DNA of 63,885 bases, filler included, from Collodictyon triciliatum (taxonomy: Eukaryota): NCBI GenBank assembly GCA_043381765.1. It is 46 parts of 46 records of this genome, joined end to end, with 100 filler letters (N's around TTAATTAATTAA, not from the genome) between each part and the next. Parts side by side here need not be neighbours in the genome. Positions count along the whole stretch, not along the records: positions 62,601 to 63,885 come from JBHJMP010011550.1; 45 more parts are not named here. One strand, given 5' to 3'. Below the pieces are notes generated by a model that had not been told where the DNA came from, did not search any database, and was given only the letters and a program-made list of their open reading frames with translations. Shown here piece by piece: positions 62,823-63,885 of this stretch. Each line of letters opens with the position of its first letter. Position 1 is the stretch's first letter. The position numbers were made by a program, and so were the translations under genes.

Positions 62823-62969
62823 CTCCTCGTGGACGAGACGTAGAGAGTCGCGTATGTGCTTCGGCATAGACGAAAAAAGGGAGCAGGCGTTCGTCTTTAG
62901 ATCACCAGATTTCGAGAGAACTTTGCCGTAATAATCCTTGACAGAGTCACGCACGGTGTTTTCGGCCAT
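62823..62969 (-). CDS. AS3MT: Arsenite methyltransferase, first exon
   Basis: MAENTVRDSVKDYYGKVLSKSGDLKTNAC...HIRDSLRLVHEE. Confidence 0.88.
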
Positions 62970-63368
62970 CGTCTTGGATGATTCGCCTTTATGCCGGGCT
63001 GTAGGGGTTATGTGCCGCCAGCTTAGCAATTTGTGGTGGGCTTTGGTATGCCATCGCGACGAAAAAGTCCAGAATTTGCTTCTGTATCGTATGGTTCAAG
63101 TTTGTTGCCAGCATGCTCCCCCCTTTTTGTAACCGAACATAATGCTAATACCATATATTTTTTTTGGGAATAATTTGGTCCAGTTCTAGAAGGTTGGGAA
63201 CAGAAATAGAAGATTCGAGAAGGCCTTGAGAAGGTGCTGGAAAATGTTTTTCATCTATTACTTTGGCTAAAATAAAGCGATTTCCTTCTATGTGTGATTT
63301 CTTTGCTTCGTCTGTTGATGATGTACGTTCTATTTGTAATTTTGATTTGGATGGCACGGATAAAAGAT

Positions 63369-63394
63369 TTTTTTTCCCTTTATTCGATTCAAAG
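63369..63394 (-). mobile_element. Micro-retroposon copy 7 with 16-bp TSD (1 mismatch)
   Basis: GGCACGGATAAAAGAT (63353-63368) - TTTTTTTCCCTTTATTCGATTCAAAG - GGCACCGATAAAAGAT (63395-63410). Confidence 0.9.
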
Positions 63395-63422
63395 GGCACC
63401 GATAAAAGATGAAAGAAGAAAG

Positions 63423-63885
63423 GCTTCTGCATCATCAAACAGGTTCACGAAGGCCACTATCAGAGAAATCTCACTCAAAGAAGACGGCTCGTACATCACA
63501 ACGCCAGGCTCCACTGTATTCCGCACACAAGATGCACAGCCAACCACAGCTGTCCTGAACAACAAAGGAAAATGGCGCTCACGCAGACCAATCTCATACA
63601 ACATCCCGTCGCCATTTTTTTTCCGACTCAAGAACGAACGCTCATCTAACGGTGCGCAGTCTACTCAGTTCTCGATGGCTATGGCCTACTCCAAATTCTC
63701 TCGATACAAAATATCGCCGCCGACACCCTACAAAAAGTCAAAACATCAACGATGGGGAGAAACATTGGGCATCACCCACGCCCCGCTCACCGCAAGCTGG
63801 AGACAAGCACGAACCCCGCAAGTCCTTCCAAATCACCGCTCTCTAATGCTTAATATCACCAATAGGGAGCTATGGATAGGCACAC
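63423..63885 (+). mobile_element. LINE ORF2 C-terminal (pre-zinc-knuckle) fragment, open frame
   Basis: 154 stop-free codons including FSMAMAYSKF..RWGETLGI...W...LPNHRSLMLNITNRELWIG, resembling the zf-RVT lead-in; absent from the ORF track. Confidence 0.65.

Noticed and set aside
61216-63885. Functional clustering of SAMHD1, AS3MT, LINE and other neighbours as a defence island
   Set aside because: Genes on different contigs are adjacent only because of size sorting.

Overview
This window is not contiguous DNA. It is 46 short contigs (about 1,285-1,296 bp each, in decreasing size order) joined by an artificial N44-TTAATTAATTAA-N44 spacer, so neighbourhood across spacers carries no meaning. 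The source is an AT-rich, intron-dense, microsatellite-rich eukaryote using the standard genetic code, probably a flagellated aerobic protist (axonemal dynein, metaxin, P450, NPSN-type SNARE). Most contigs end in simple repeats. Recognisable spliced gene fragments: four DUF4062/NACHT/TPR (NPHP3/TEP1-like STAND) paralog pieces, a PPP-type phosphatase, a cytochrome P450, metaxin, NUDT12/NudC, inner-arm dynein heavy chain, DENN, WD40, NHL, AGC kinase, SUN domain, NPSN SNARE, MPST, CANT1, a TPT/SLC35 transporter, a DEAH helicase, VPS15, an ICME-like hydrolase, SAMHD1 and AS3MT. Many decayed L1/Tx1-like LINE pieces are present. Most notable observations: (1) a dispersed ~24-28 nt 'micro-retroposon' (CTTTGAATCGAATAAAGG + A-tail) in 7 copies with a fixed 5' end, three with perfect or near-perfect 15-17 bp target-site duplications; (2) two closely related LRR genes that differ in module number (6 vs 2) and are hypervariable only at exposed codons; (3) a hidden C-terminal (KDAGWETSKA)17 GW-repeat, Argonaute-hook-like, in a frame the ORF track missed; (4) a repeat ending in a 17-bp-arm hairpin whose 10-nt spacer is flipped between its two copies. 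All family assignments are from motif recognition, not database searches.
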